Source of the DNA: the human T2T-CHM13v2.0 reference genome, Homo sapiens | Assembly: GCF_009914755.1 (NCBI RefSeq) | Contig: NC_060928.1 | Strand: one strand, 5' to 3' | Length of the DNA: 64,000 nucleotides | Shown: positions 15,537 to 27,496 of the stretch, in pieces | How the letters are laid out: the number at the start of each line of letters is the position of its first letter | Position numbering within the stretch: position 1 is the first letter of the stretch | Position numbers and translations under genes: made by a program | Notes under the pieces: generated by a model | Seen by the model: the letters and a program-made list of their open reading frames with translations, nothing else | What the model was told of the DNA's origin: nothing | Database searches by the model: none

Positions 15537-15703
15537 CTTTGTTGATGAGTTGTAAGATGACTTAATTTTGCTCATTTGCAAACCCCTCAGGACTTCCTAA
15601 GGAGAGCTCTCCTTAGAGAATTCCCTTCTTCTATTATTGGTGTCCCTGTTGTATCTTATACTACTGATGCTAAGGACCTCCATATAAGCATGGCCTTCTT
15701 TAT
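15537..15703 (-). pseudogene. Candidate fossil exon, no motif assigned
   Basis: Strong acceptor ttttcttcttgtag|, 55 codons with one stop (KEGHAYMEVLSISSIRY...), apparent mutated donor aag|ataatg. Confidence 0.35.
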
Positions 15704-16549
15704 CTACAAGAAGAAAAATAGAAGGAAAATACTAATATAAATCTTCACCTTTTAGAAAATCTTATCTTTATGAAAACAGTTGACAAGATGACCACCTGTA
15801 AGATGTCACAAGTAAAAGTCAAAGACAAAACCTCATAAATATTTTATAGACATACTACTGTATTCTGTTACTACTAATTTGAACTCTGTTCTAGGTACAA
15901 TATACAATCAATGCTAACATTTAAGGATATTATCAACAGAGGCAGGAGAGAAAAATGTGTGTTTTCACTCAAGGTTTATATCTGGCATTCTTAACATTTT
16001 TCTTGAGGTATTTGCCCCAATATACCAGAAATATGCAAATACTATGACAAAGAAATATATGAGTGTTTTCAATATTCTGGAGACAAGACCATAGTCATGT
16101 TCATAAATTACCTTCTATAACGTTTATCTGTTATTAATCTAAAAATAAATACACTTATCTGATGTAAGTTGTTCCTAGAAAGGGGAAAACATAATCACTT
16201 TATTATTTGACAATAAGATAATTGCAATTGAAGCTGAAATGCATTGAATGCTTTTAAAGATATATTTCTCAAGATTTAGATAATTTTTTAAAAATTAGTT
16301 CTTCTCGGCTGAAATTAGCAGTCATAAAATGATATAATCAAGGGAAGCAAAGTTTAAAAAAGGCCAAGATTCACTTTAAAACAATATATCTTTTAAATGA
16401 CACACCCAGGAAAAGTTATCTCAATTCTATTTCAGGGTTTTCCAATTTAAGTCCCCTTCATATTGCATATTATGTTTCTTCTTCCATTAATTAATCAACT
16501 CATGAAAGTTTAGATCACCCTCTTTGTCACATTTCCAAACAACCATTGT

Positions 16550-19287
16550 CAATTTCTGCTTCTGACAAAATGAAATAGATGCACATATTCTATTCCTTCT
16601 ACTAAGTTCAATTAAAATTATTGTACATTACATGTAAAACAAACGTAAGAAGCCTCTGAAAAGTGGAAAGAAAAATGCAGACCAGTTAAGGAAATCAGGA
16701 CCTGAGGAATCATTATGGCGCTGAGTTTCCTGGGTTTTCTTTTTGCTTCATTTTTCTACAACGTGTAGTTGAAGCAGCTGGTGAATCAGAATAGCCAATG
16801 GACACAGATAATAAAAGCCCTACCAGGACAAAGAAAGCAATCAGGAAAAGACAGTAAACTTTTGTACGATAATTGTTTTAGTCTAGTCCAATACTGCATG
16901 GAAAACTGGGTGTCAGACCCAATGAAACAATCAAAGACTGAATGGTGATCTAGATCTCTACCCTGGCAATGCTGTAGAGAGGTGGCCCAATACTCTGCTG
17001 TTACTATCAAAGAAGACTATCAGGGTGCCAGAATTTTCCACCCTGACTGCAGGTAATATAGTGCTTCCTTTCTGGAAATCAGTGGAGACCACAAAAGGAA
17101 CCTGGGGTCCCACCTTCACTGGCAGTAAGGTGTGCTCCTACCCCTCACTTCTCGGGTAGTGTAAGAGGTTGCTTAGTGGAGAGTCAAGATTTTCACAATT
17201 GCGCATCAGAAATGAGGCCACTCTCAACTGCAGTGCCAAAGAAATCCATGTGGGGGCCAGGCGCGGTGGCTCACGCCTGTAATCCCAGCACTTTAGGAGG
17301 CCAAGGAGGATGGATCACGAGGTCAGGAGATCGTGACCATCCTGGCTAACATGGTGAAACCCCGTCTTTACTAAACAAACAAACAAACAAACAAACAAAC
17401 AAAAAACAAAAAAAAATAGCCGGGTTTGGTGGCGGGCGCCTGTAGTCCCAGCTACTCGGGAGGCTGAGACAAGAGAATGGCGTGAACTTAGGAGGCGGAG
17501 CTTGCAGTGAGCTGCGATCGCATCACTGCACTCCACCCTGGGCAATAGAGCGAGACTCTGTCAAAAAAAAAAAAAAAAAAAAAGGAAAAAGGAAGAAATC
17601 CGTGTGGGGACTAAAAACTCCCACTCCTGCAATGTGGCAACAAGGACCTCCTCACCGGGGTGCTGATAAAAGCTGAGTGAAAAATCTACATCTGTTTGAT
17701 GGTATTAAGGTAGAGTTCCCCTTTCTCTTGCTGTTAACAGTGTTAGAAAAAAGCCCGTTTGTAAAGGCTTAAATAAAATAAAATCTTATAACAAAATATG
17801 AAATGTCAATTTTCAATCAAAAATCATTTATATAAAGAAATAAGAAAACCTCAAACTGAAAAAATCAATAGGTGCCAACAAAAGATGACCGATTTTGGTT
17901 TTATATAACCGAAATTTTAAGACAGCTATAATAAGAAAGCTCCAAGAAACACTTTATAACGTGCTTGAAACAAATGAAAAGCCCCAATAATAAAATGGAA
18001 AATCACATCAAAGAAATTGAAGCTACAAAGAAGAACTAAAAGAAGAATATTGGTACTGAGTAAAGCAATAAACAAAATAGAAACCTTTTTGAATGGGATC
18101 CAGAGCAGAATGGAGAAGATAGAGGAAAGGATCCATGAACAGGAAAATAAGACAATATAAATTACCTAATCTTAACAACAGATTTAAACTAGACTGAAAT
18201 AAATAATAACAGAGACTCAAGATCTGTAGGATAACAATAAGAATCTAACATTCTAACTTTTTCTCTCTGAAAGTCCCTGACATGATAATGAAAAGACAAG
18301 CTACAGATTGGAGTAAAATATTGCAAGTTACTTACCTGGTAATGGACAAATATCTGGAAAATATTTTTAAAAACTCTCAAAAAACAGTAGTAAAAAAAAC
18401 TAATTAGGACAATTAGGAAATGAGCAAAAGACATGAGGAAACATTTTACCAAAGATGCTTGGTACATCCGTAGATGGCAAATAAGTACATGAAAGGTATT
18501 CAGAATTGTTAGCTATAAGGAACATCCAAATTTAAAACCTGTTAGAATTGCTAAAATAAAAAATAGTGACACCACCAAATGCTAGCAAGAATGCAGAGAA
18601 ACTGGATTATTCAGACATTGCTGATGGGAATGTAAAATGGTGCAGCCACTCTGGAAAGAAGTTGAGCAGTTTCTTAAAAATAAACATATAAACCAACAAA
18701 AACCATGAAATTACCATACAGCGTAGCTACTGCACTCTTGGGTCTTTATCCTATAGAAATTAAGATGTAAGTTCACAGAAAAACCTGTACATGCGTTTTT
18801 GTAGCAGCTTTATTTGAAGTAGCCCAAAACTAGAAGCAACCAGTTTGTCCTTCAACAGGTGAATGATTGATCAAACCGTATTGTATCCATAACATGAAAT
18901 ACTACTCTGCAAAAAAAAAAAAAAATTGACATGCACAATAACTATCTCCAGATAATCATGCCCATGGAAAAAAAAATGCTAAAAGTTTATATACTATATA
19001 ATTCCAATTATATACCATTCTTGAAATAGCAAAATTATGGATATGAATTACAGAATAGTGATTACCAAAGATTTAGAAGGTGGTGTGGGTGAGAGAGAAG
19101 AGGGTGTAGTTTAAAGGGCAAGATGAGAGATTCTTATGATAATGAAAATTTTCCGTATTTGACCATATCAACCTCACTATCAGGTTGTGATGTTGTACTA
19201 TAGTTTTATAAGATGTTACCACTGGAAAAACTGGTTAAAGATACATAGAATCTCTCCATATTATTTCTCACAACTGCAAGTTAATCT
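16550..19287 (+). mobile_element. L1MC/MD-type L1 with large internal deletion (5' region and ORF1 joined to 3' end near 18280)
   Basis: ORF1-like sequence at 17800-18270, then 3' ORF2/UTR ending tattatttctcacaactgcaagttaatct. Confidence 0.75.
17255..17592 (+). mobile_element. AluY-like element with (AAAC)n-expanded linker
   Basis: gatcacgaggtcaggagatcg..accatcctggctaac and gaatggcgtgaac. 16-bp TSD aagaaatcc(a/g)tgtggg at 17239-17254 and 17593-17608. Confidence 0.92.
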
Positions 19288-19859
19288 CTCTCTCTTTCTT
19301 TCTCTCTTCTATCCATCTATATATATGTATATATATGTATTTATTTCTAAATATATATGTATTTCATATATACATATATATGAAAATGTATGAAATGAAA
19401 AAAGAGATACACACGTTGACCATTGTTCAAATGCTAATGTGAATATCTGCTTCTGCTTTTCATTGATTTCAGAATATATACAATAAAAATATTTTTTCTC
19501 TCTCTGTTTTTTGCTTTCTGTTATAAAAAGAGTTATCTATGTTGAGTTTTTGCAGTATACTTGAAGAAAAATATTTACTAAAAAGAGTTACTTACTTGTT
19601 CAGCAGACAACGAATATGGAATATTTTGTTTAACCTGTGCCTTCAGATTTAGTAAAGAAGAACCAGTATTTAGCACTATTTGAAGTCAGATAGTTTTACC
19701 CTAAAGCTCAAACTCTTAACTATATGGTTTATTCCTTCACTCAATCATCATTCATATTTTGACAAACTTACAAAATATATATCTACTCTGAACTATTTAT
19801 TGAGTTTCAGATCCATAAAACAGCTTCATAATGAATATAAAGTAGCTACCAAAATCTTA

Positions 19860-20130
19860 GATGTTAAAGCTGGACTCATCAGAATATCAGAGTGGACTGT
19901 AATATCATACTGGGTTTGTATCCCTGCTCTATCAATTACTAGTTGTGTAAGTTTATATATGTTATTTTTTTAAATCTAAATATCACAATTTCTTTATGTG
20001 TAAAAGAGGTGAAAAATTACTACTATTATACAGGAATTTTGTGGGAGTTGACAATATATGTTAAGCACTAAGTGCCTGGCACATAATGCTATATCAATGT
20101 GAATTATTTTTGACATTTTATTGTTATCAT
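19860..20130 (+). mobile_element. MIR
   Basis: ctgggtttgtatccctgctct..attactagttgtgt..., aagcactaagtgcctggcacata. Confidence 0.7.
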
Positions 20131-20765
20131 TATTAAGAGAAGTAGCTATATAATTATTTATTATGTCCCCGTTTTCTCCCTGTACTTTACTTTCATTATT
20201 TCTGAAGTCAGGGTGTTTAATGATCCTTCATTTAGTGGCCAAGTAAATCTTGAACATTAATCTTTTTATGTTCTATTGTGGCATGTAATCAATCTTTAAA
20301 TATTGTTTATATTTTCTTCTTAATATATCTGAAATGTGTTCTCTTCTTTAAATTGTATAATGTTAGCACCATTAGGTTGCAGACAATAGGAATTAATATT
20401 TGTTCACTAAATATTGCATATATTTCAAATTGGCAGGAGGGTCTGAAATCAGCCTTAGGAATGGTAAGAAAATAGATCAATTTTAGGGCATTGAGTGATA
20501 GAAACTCCTCAACAGCATCCTGGGGTAACCACCTCCAGAATGAATGAATGAACTCCACTATGCATGGGTTCTAATGTAGACAAAATGTCTTTAGGAGTTA
20601 GCCAGTTCCCCGGAGATATGATATCAGGGGCTCAAATGTGGTTGTATTTATTCACAAATTAAGTACTCAGCATCTTTGATAAAGTTTTTTTTTTTGTGTG
20701 TGTGTATGTTTATTTTCCTTTCATTTTTGATACTAGACATCTGTAACTCTGTGGACACCGCTTAC

Positions 20766-21535
20766 AATTCCAATTCGAAAACTCTATGGTGGCTAAGAAA
20801 GGTGTTCAATTGGTATCCAGTGAATGGGCCTTCCTCATCTTCAGAGTAGGAAGACTTTTTCTGTAATATTTGTACTGGGTGAAACTTTCTCTTACTCTGG
20901 GCCCTTTCTGTGCGGCTATTTTGCTTACTGCTTTTCAAAAATTCCCTGTCACCCATATACCAAATGTGCTTCCTTATGGTTCCTGGTCAGTGCCTATAAG
21001 TCTGAACAGATACCAAACTTAGACAAACTGGATCTTTCAAGTCTACCCACTGAGAGGGTTTTACTTTTCCAGTGCCCTTTAGGACCACTTTCACTTGAGA
21101 CTATAACACCAATAAAATACTGTCTGCTTTTCATCTAGTAAAGACTAGACGGGGAGGTTCTTACATATGAAAATGGGATGGAGATGTCTCAATGGCTGTC
21201 TGTGAAAGTTTTCATGCTTTACCTGCATACACATGAGCCATCAAGGGTGGCACTTCTTTCTTCACTTTCAGTGCTCTTTTAACACATATTCCACAACACT
21301 GGATTGCCCATGCATATTAATCATAATAATCTACCATTCTTTATTAAATCTGTTTATTTGCAAGGAATACAGGGTGCCTGCATGTTTTAACAAAGGAATT
21401 TCATTAATATAGTGTATCAGCATGACATCTTGTGAGAGCCTGAATTTCTCAATGTTGATATGATTAAGTTGAGGCACTGAACAAGAGAATCAATATTGAT
21501 AAAGATACTTTAGCAAGAGTACACTGTTATGTTTT
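20766..21535 (-). pseudogene. Large fossil exon of hAT/THAP12-like gene (central to C-terminal part of a module)
   Basis: tctag| ... tt|gtaagc. In order across frameshifts: NIDSLVQCLNLIIS, KA*KLSQ, VCLSLVSV (21008-21025), HIWYMGD, EGPFTGYQ (cf. LQALVLCLDGINS, EATNLA, KCLSLVPSV, HADMYRSD, ELPSTIYE). Confidence 0.7.
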
Positions 21536-21870
21536 CTAGATAAAAGCACCCTTTAAATATTTTCTCTTCAAAAAATTGAGTAAAAGCATTCCTTAATGCA
21601 GCATCTATACTGATTTATTCCAATTAAGGACCAAGTCTGCCATAACAGCTTAAATTTGAAATACTTAATTAAACTTCTTAACATTCATTATCACACTTCA
21701 AATTTCATTTCATCCTTTTTCTGATATAGATAACTTAGAAAATAAATCAAGATTTATTAAAAATCACAACGAATGTTTATTTCAAGTATTTGATGGTATG
21801 GACAACCAATTGAAAAGCAAGTCTGCAATAACAGCTTAAATTTGAAACAATACTTGTATTATATACTCAT

Positions 21871-22057
21871 GTATTTAATGGTCTGAACAACCTGCATACT
21901 GAACTTCAACGATATATAATACTGAAGGAATTTGACACTTTCTAATAGCTTTCCCTAAGAGGAAGTAAAGTAACAAGGGAACCAAGAAATGTTTCAGAGT
22001 TCTGACTCGAAGAACATAGAGCTGAGCATAGACAACTATAACCGAAGAACTGAACAT
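21871..22057 (-). pseudogene. Fossil exon of hAT/THAP12-like gene
   Basis: VQFFGYSCLCSALCSSSQNSETFLGSLV, then GKLLESVKFL (cf. YTLCSSCALNMWLAKSV, GTIEEVCSFF). Donor tac|atgagta looks like CpG-decayed gtgagta. Confidence 0.55.
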
Positions 22058-22719
22058 TTATAGGAAGAAAATAGGCACAAAGGAAACAACAGAAAACTGG
22101 GGATATTTAATCAAAGAAAGCAGAGAAGAAAGGGAGAAGTAATATCAGATGTGATTTGACTGGGGATGTAAATAAATAACCAAATTTGAAGTACTTTGTA
22201 GTCTAAGTAAACGTGTTTTTTTCTTCATTCTAAGAGCAGCCATGTAGCAAAGAAAAGGTGTTAAGCACAAAAAAGTTTTAAAACTAATATGATCAGTTTG
22301 TGCTTTCATTTAATTACACGTTATTCATGTCACAGTTTAGAAGCCACACCTCCTAACAAACTTCTAGTCTTTGTTACAAATGCACACAAAATATCGTTAT
22401 TTGGTCCCATTATTTACATTAAAAGCATAGGTTGTTTAATGTTTCATAGTATTTATTAATCAGTTTTATAATTGTTTACCTTTTAAATTTTATTCTAGAA
22501 CAAAGTTTCTTTGAAAACATAAATGATGTCTTTCACATAGCATGGTTCACAGTAAGAACTCAGTACATTCTTGTCAAATAAATGCTTAAAAGTCAAGTAT
22601 GCTGTTCATTGTTGTCATATATTGCCATTATTGTCTCCTGTTAGTTATTCCTGTCAGTTACTGTCTCCTGTTTGTGAGCCTCTGTATTGCAGCATATGTT
22701 CTAATATCTTATGTCTCAC

Positions 22720-22795
22720 ATCTCTCTAGTAATCTAATGGTAGCAATTTTCTGCAACTTTTATCAGACTCTAAGCATCTCATTTGTAAGTGAAAA
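22720..22795 (-). pseudogene. Short fossil exon
   Basis: KLQKIATIRLLER|gtgaga. The phase-1 join gives RLLERY (cf. KMKVVASRLLEKY). Confidence 0.6.
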
Positions 22796-23526
22796 TTATA
22801 AAAGAAAAATTAGTGCCAATATAATTTCTAAGTCTCTATGGTATGATTCAAAAGAGAAACTGATCATAACAATGTATCTTCAAGTGATACTCTCTATAAT
22901 ATCTTAATTATAATCTAGTCAATAAATGTTACTGGTTTCCAGTTTAGCAATGTGTTGTATAAAGTTCTTATTTTACTTTCTCACTAAAATTAAAAGAGAA
23001 AATAAACAGTTGGAAAGTGAGGTCAAAGATTTCATTATAGATGAAAAAATTAGTCAAGCTAAGAAGATAAGTGTCATGCTGTGTTTTTACTTTATTTTCA
23101 CTAATTTGTTTTTTGAAATGGGTCATATTTTTCTTTCAACTCTTTGTAAAATAACTGCAATTATACTTTACTATGTTCTATAGCTACCATTAAATTAGGC
23201 AAATTAAGAAACAATTTTCACTATTGATTATTTTGAGTGTTACCCACCCATCTTTCATTTTAACTGGTGCACTTTATTTTTTCAAAAAAAGCAATATTAC
23301 CTAATTTAAGATAACAAGTATATCAATTTTAATTTGTTTTATTTTCATGTTTACTCTTGCCTGAAGTACTCCAAAAACAAAATCTACATGTGATTTACTT
23401 ACAATTTAATAAAGTATGCTTTATTTTCATATTGGATAACAAGGTTTAAGATTATATAATTTCAAAATAATAGACTTGAAAGACAAGTAAACCCAAAGTA
23501 AAATCAATAAGCAAATAAATGACACT

Positions 23527-24250
23527 TCATCCCAGTTCCTGACTGAAGTCAGACAGCTTATTAATTTCAAGTATATAGTCTACTTCATCCTAGCTCTACC
23601 CCACTTCATGTTTAGCTTTCCTTCCTGACTGCTGCTCACTATAGAAAAAATTCCACTATAAACAAAGCTTAAATATTACTGTCAATGAAACAGACATTGG
23701 TCTACTACCATTTGCTAATAGAACAGCCTTACATATATTTCTGCATTAGCTTCTGCAGTTGCATAAGGTCTAAACTTTACAATAAAAAACTTATTTTATG
23801 TCAATATCTACATCAGTGAATCACTTATTTTATAATTTATGTTGCTTCCATTTCTCTGATAAAATGCTGACTGATACATGGCTAAGGTATATGACAGTTT
23901 TTCACTCAATACATATATGTATGTTTAAATATAAGATATAAATACATAGTAGCAACACAACCAAAAATGTCTCTGAGAATTTTAATCAATCTTCATATCT
24001 GAGCATTATCAATGGAACAGTACTGAATGTAGATACAATTTACAAAATGCTATCATAAGCTATTTTGCATAATAACTGCCAAATAAAGTTCAGATTAGAA
24101 GTGTTCCTCTGAGTTAAACACATAAGAAAAGTCTGTAATTTAACGAAGTTAATTAAATTTACAGTAGTAAAACTGGATCTAATTGAATAATGAATTGAGT
24201 AATAAAATATATTACCATATCTTATAAAAAATTGTAATTGAAGAGTCATT
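23527..24250 (-). pseudogene. Fossil block joining the middle of one module to the start of the next
   Basis: VKLQTFLMCLTQRNTSNLNFIW..IVSTF..LKFSETF, then CISQHFIREME, FRPYATAEANAEIYVRLF (23733-23774) and GKLNMKWGRAR (cf. LQALVLCLDGINSDTNIRW; FLPYEADAEILAVKF; GLNMEYCRGQ). Confidence 0.75.
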
Positions 24251-24883
24251 TATGGATTAGAAATAGTGAACATTTTAAAACTTGGAAGGTTCATTATTTA
24301 TCCAGAATCCAGCTCCCACACCAACACAAACATGCAAAAAACACCTTCGTTTAGATTTTTTAAAGACATTAAAAAGTCCCAATATTATAAAACATATTGA
24401 AGTATATGTTTATTACTGGTACCTCTGTGAGCAAAGTTGCTTGTAAAACAACACAAACAAATAAACGGTGAAATGGAAAGTAAATGACTGGGCATGTAGA
24501 AAACATTACATTTAAAAAAAAGCTGCTACACCAAAAATACCACTATTAACAAAGTTTAAGTATTACTGATAACAAAATGGAAAAGGCAAAATTTATGAGA
24601 CAAATATCACAATACTGAATAAGAACTTTCATATAGGCATTAAGAAGATTAAAGAAAAAAGCAAATCATCTTTTAAAAAATAACCCTTGTAATGAAGAGA
24701 CAAATAAATGTTGATAAGTTGATTAAATGTTGATTAACATTTAAGACTAGTATAACGTTAACACTATAACTTCTTAAGGATAGGAAAAGCAAAAATACTT
24801 AAAAATCACCATTATTTTGCTTAATATCTTAAATTTTTGGAGGTCTTACAGATATTCAGGTCATAGTAATTATTTTTGAATAC

Positions 24884-25260
24884 CAAGTCCCCAGCTTGTT
24901 TTTTCTTTTAGTAGGGCATTAATTCTTGAATATGTCCTCCATCTGTCTCCCAATCTAAAATATACATCCTAGCCTTCATCAAGCCCAGCCCCATGTAATA
25001 TCAATTGTTTTTCAGGTAAAGTGCTTTGTGGCACTAATTTGGGTAGTGTACAAAATTCTTGATTTTGTTCTTACCACATGAGAATCAAAGGATACTTAGA
25101 AAAACTAAACATGGCTGTCAATTATTCATATAATCAGCAACTTTTCAGGTTATTATGTAGTCAGCCTACAAGATCATTCCTTCCCAGAGACCTCACATAG
25201 TAAAGATACATCCGTGGGCCATACCATTTCCGTTAATATGTCTAAGATACTTCATTTTGT
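24884..25260 (-). pseudogene. Fossil exon of hAT/THAP12-like gene
   Basis: ttctag| acceptor. Single frame RKWYGPRMYLYYVRSLG..SKYPLIL..LPKLVP..LDEG*DVYFR (cf. EKWGLNMEYCRG..EKYPQAI..LAKSVP..IEEVCSFFHR). Confidence 0.65.
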
Positions 25261-25480
25261 CTAGAATATTAAGATAGTAAAAAACACAGATTTGCCTCCA
25301 CTATGTTTACCTCTTCGTTTCTTAACCTAATCCTTTCCATGATTGAATCTCAACAACTCTTTACTAACAAAGCATGCAACCAACTATACAATGCTTCAAA
25401 CTAAATAGTTTGTACTTGAACTATCTACTTAAATACTAATTTACAATTTTCAAAGAATGATAATAGATTGTTTCAAATAC

Positions 25481-25511
<31 letters not shown>
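25481..25511. repeat. (TA)n/(CA)n microsatellite
   Basis: Direct observation. Confidence 0.9.
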
Positions 25512-25512
<1 letters not shown>

Positions 25513-27170
25513 TCAACTTTCATAAATGCTGCCAAGACTTTAAAGAAGTAAAGAGAGAGATACCAATTTTGCTAATGTGAAAGTAGTTGTTAACCTTAGC
25601 AAGAACAATTTTATTGCAGGCATGGAGGCGGAAACTAGATCAGGCTGGTTGAAGTGTAAGGAGCAGGTAAAGAAAGAAAAAAACTGGTAAAATTAAAAAA
25701 AAAAGTCCTATGAAATTAAAGTGATATTTTTATTTCTTTTCCTCTCTGCCCACTCTCTCTATCCTCATTCATTACTAATGACAGTAAAAATCTATAAAGA
25801 ATTTTTATTCTAGTAGAAAGGATCTAATAGGAAAGTTAAAGTTAATAATATAGAACAGAAAGGCAGTATCACAAGGGAAAATATATTTGAACAGATGAAA
25901 AGTGTTGGAATTGAAAGCAAATATTCAAGAAATGCCCTGTTACGGGAAGTCAGTGTAGTAAATTTGTATAATTTTATGTGTCTTGGCATCCATTTTGAAT
26001 ATAGATTTAACTTTCTCATACTAGAAGCAGGGCTCAGTCACCTTTGACAGTTTTCAGTTCTATACCACATCCAAAGAGCTCGAGAAAATGGCCAGAGATA
26101 AGGACTTAGAGGCATTTCCACCTAGTAGACTGAGCTCCTCCCTTTCCTGTGCTTCCTTTAAAGGGATCATTCACCCATTTGTCCTTGAACTTGAAGTGAC
26201 CACACCCTATTTTTTTATATATACTGCAAGTTGCCATGTTCCCTCTCTTGCTGCCTGATTCTTCATTTCTGCCTTGCATTACTTGAGAATGGAGAGCTGT
26301 CTTCCCCACTCATTGCAACTTCCCTGCCCAGGATCTGTAAGTTTAAAAAGAAAATGTGATAATGTATTAAATTTGTACCTTCTATCAAAATACTAGGGGT
26401 TGCTCCAGGCCAGTTTTTCCCCAGGATGCTGGGGAAAACACAAGGTCAGACTCTTAGCTCCAGAGAAATAGTCAGGCAGGCATAAACTGGACACGAGTCA
26501 GGCAAAAGTGTCTGCCAGGATAAATAAACTTTTCATGTGAGGGATGTCCTGGTCATGGGCAACTAGGCATTAAGACATCCACTAGTTGAAAGAAATATCC
26601 CATAAAAGGTATACTGTAAAAAGTCACATTCAGCTCCCCTTTATTTTCCATTAGGGCTTGGTACTCTCATACTGGAATGCTAATTTAGTTGGTGGATCTC
26701 AAAACAGGCAGATGCTCATACTTTAAGAAAAGTGAAGAAGCAGATGTGATATACTTAGTGGTAGAAATATTGGGTGTAATACCTGATAGCTTCTATTTTC
26801 TTAATAGATTAGAGATATCTGAAGAAAGATCAGATGAAAAAAATTATTCCTGAGAGGAAAAAGAGCTAAATATGAGAATTCCATGGCAATAATAATTAGT
26901 ATTTAAGTTTATGATAATAAGATGTAAGTAAAACCAATCTTTTCTCATTTTACTTTACTCAATAGTGTTCAAATGCTTAATTGCATGCAAAATAAAGGTC
27001 AATAGTTGAATTTATCCAGGTGAACAGGAGAAAAGTGAATGCTAGGGCTTAAAGAATTATATTTTCCAGGGAGTGACTAAAACAATGGATAATGCAGTTT
27101 AAGAAGGGCAAATAGTTAATTGTAACAAGTTGTGACTGATGCTAATTGTTAGATAAATCATTAAAAGTGT
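25512..27170. mobile_element. L2 fragments split by the MER54 LTR
   Basis: L2-like purine-rich motifs (caaatgctgc-like, accttagcaagaacaattt, gggtgtaatacctgatagcttctattttct). Confidence 0.5.
25954..26706 (+). mobile_element. Solo LTR, MER54-like (ERVL class)
   Basis: TGTAGT..ataattttatg..ggcatccattttgaatat..aactttctcata..agaagcagggct...AAAACA. 5-bp flanks gtcag/ggcag. Confidence 0.75.
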
Positions 27171-27496
27171 TTGTGTCTGTGTGTGTGTGTGTACTCTATG
27201 CTGACTTATGTTATATAAATTACTGACGTAAAAACATCATAGGGAAATAATATAATAAAACACAAACCTCTATACTATATCTGACCTTGCAATTAAACCC
27301 TACAAGATCAATTATCCTTTCAATTATCATATATTCACCATCAAATTTCATCACTTTTTTGCAAATATTTGAATGATACATGTGTTAGATTAAATGTCCC
27401 CCAAAACCCTTGTGTTTCCTGTCTTAATAAATCTTTACTTTTCATCATAATTATCAAGAAATTCTGCAACAATAAAAAGTAAGAACAACTACACAC

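Noticed and set aside
24884-25260. PIKK-like words (YVRSL..LVG, LGDR)
   Set aside because: Motif spacing does not fit a PIKK catalytic domain; the THAP12-like order fits.
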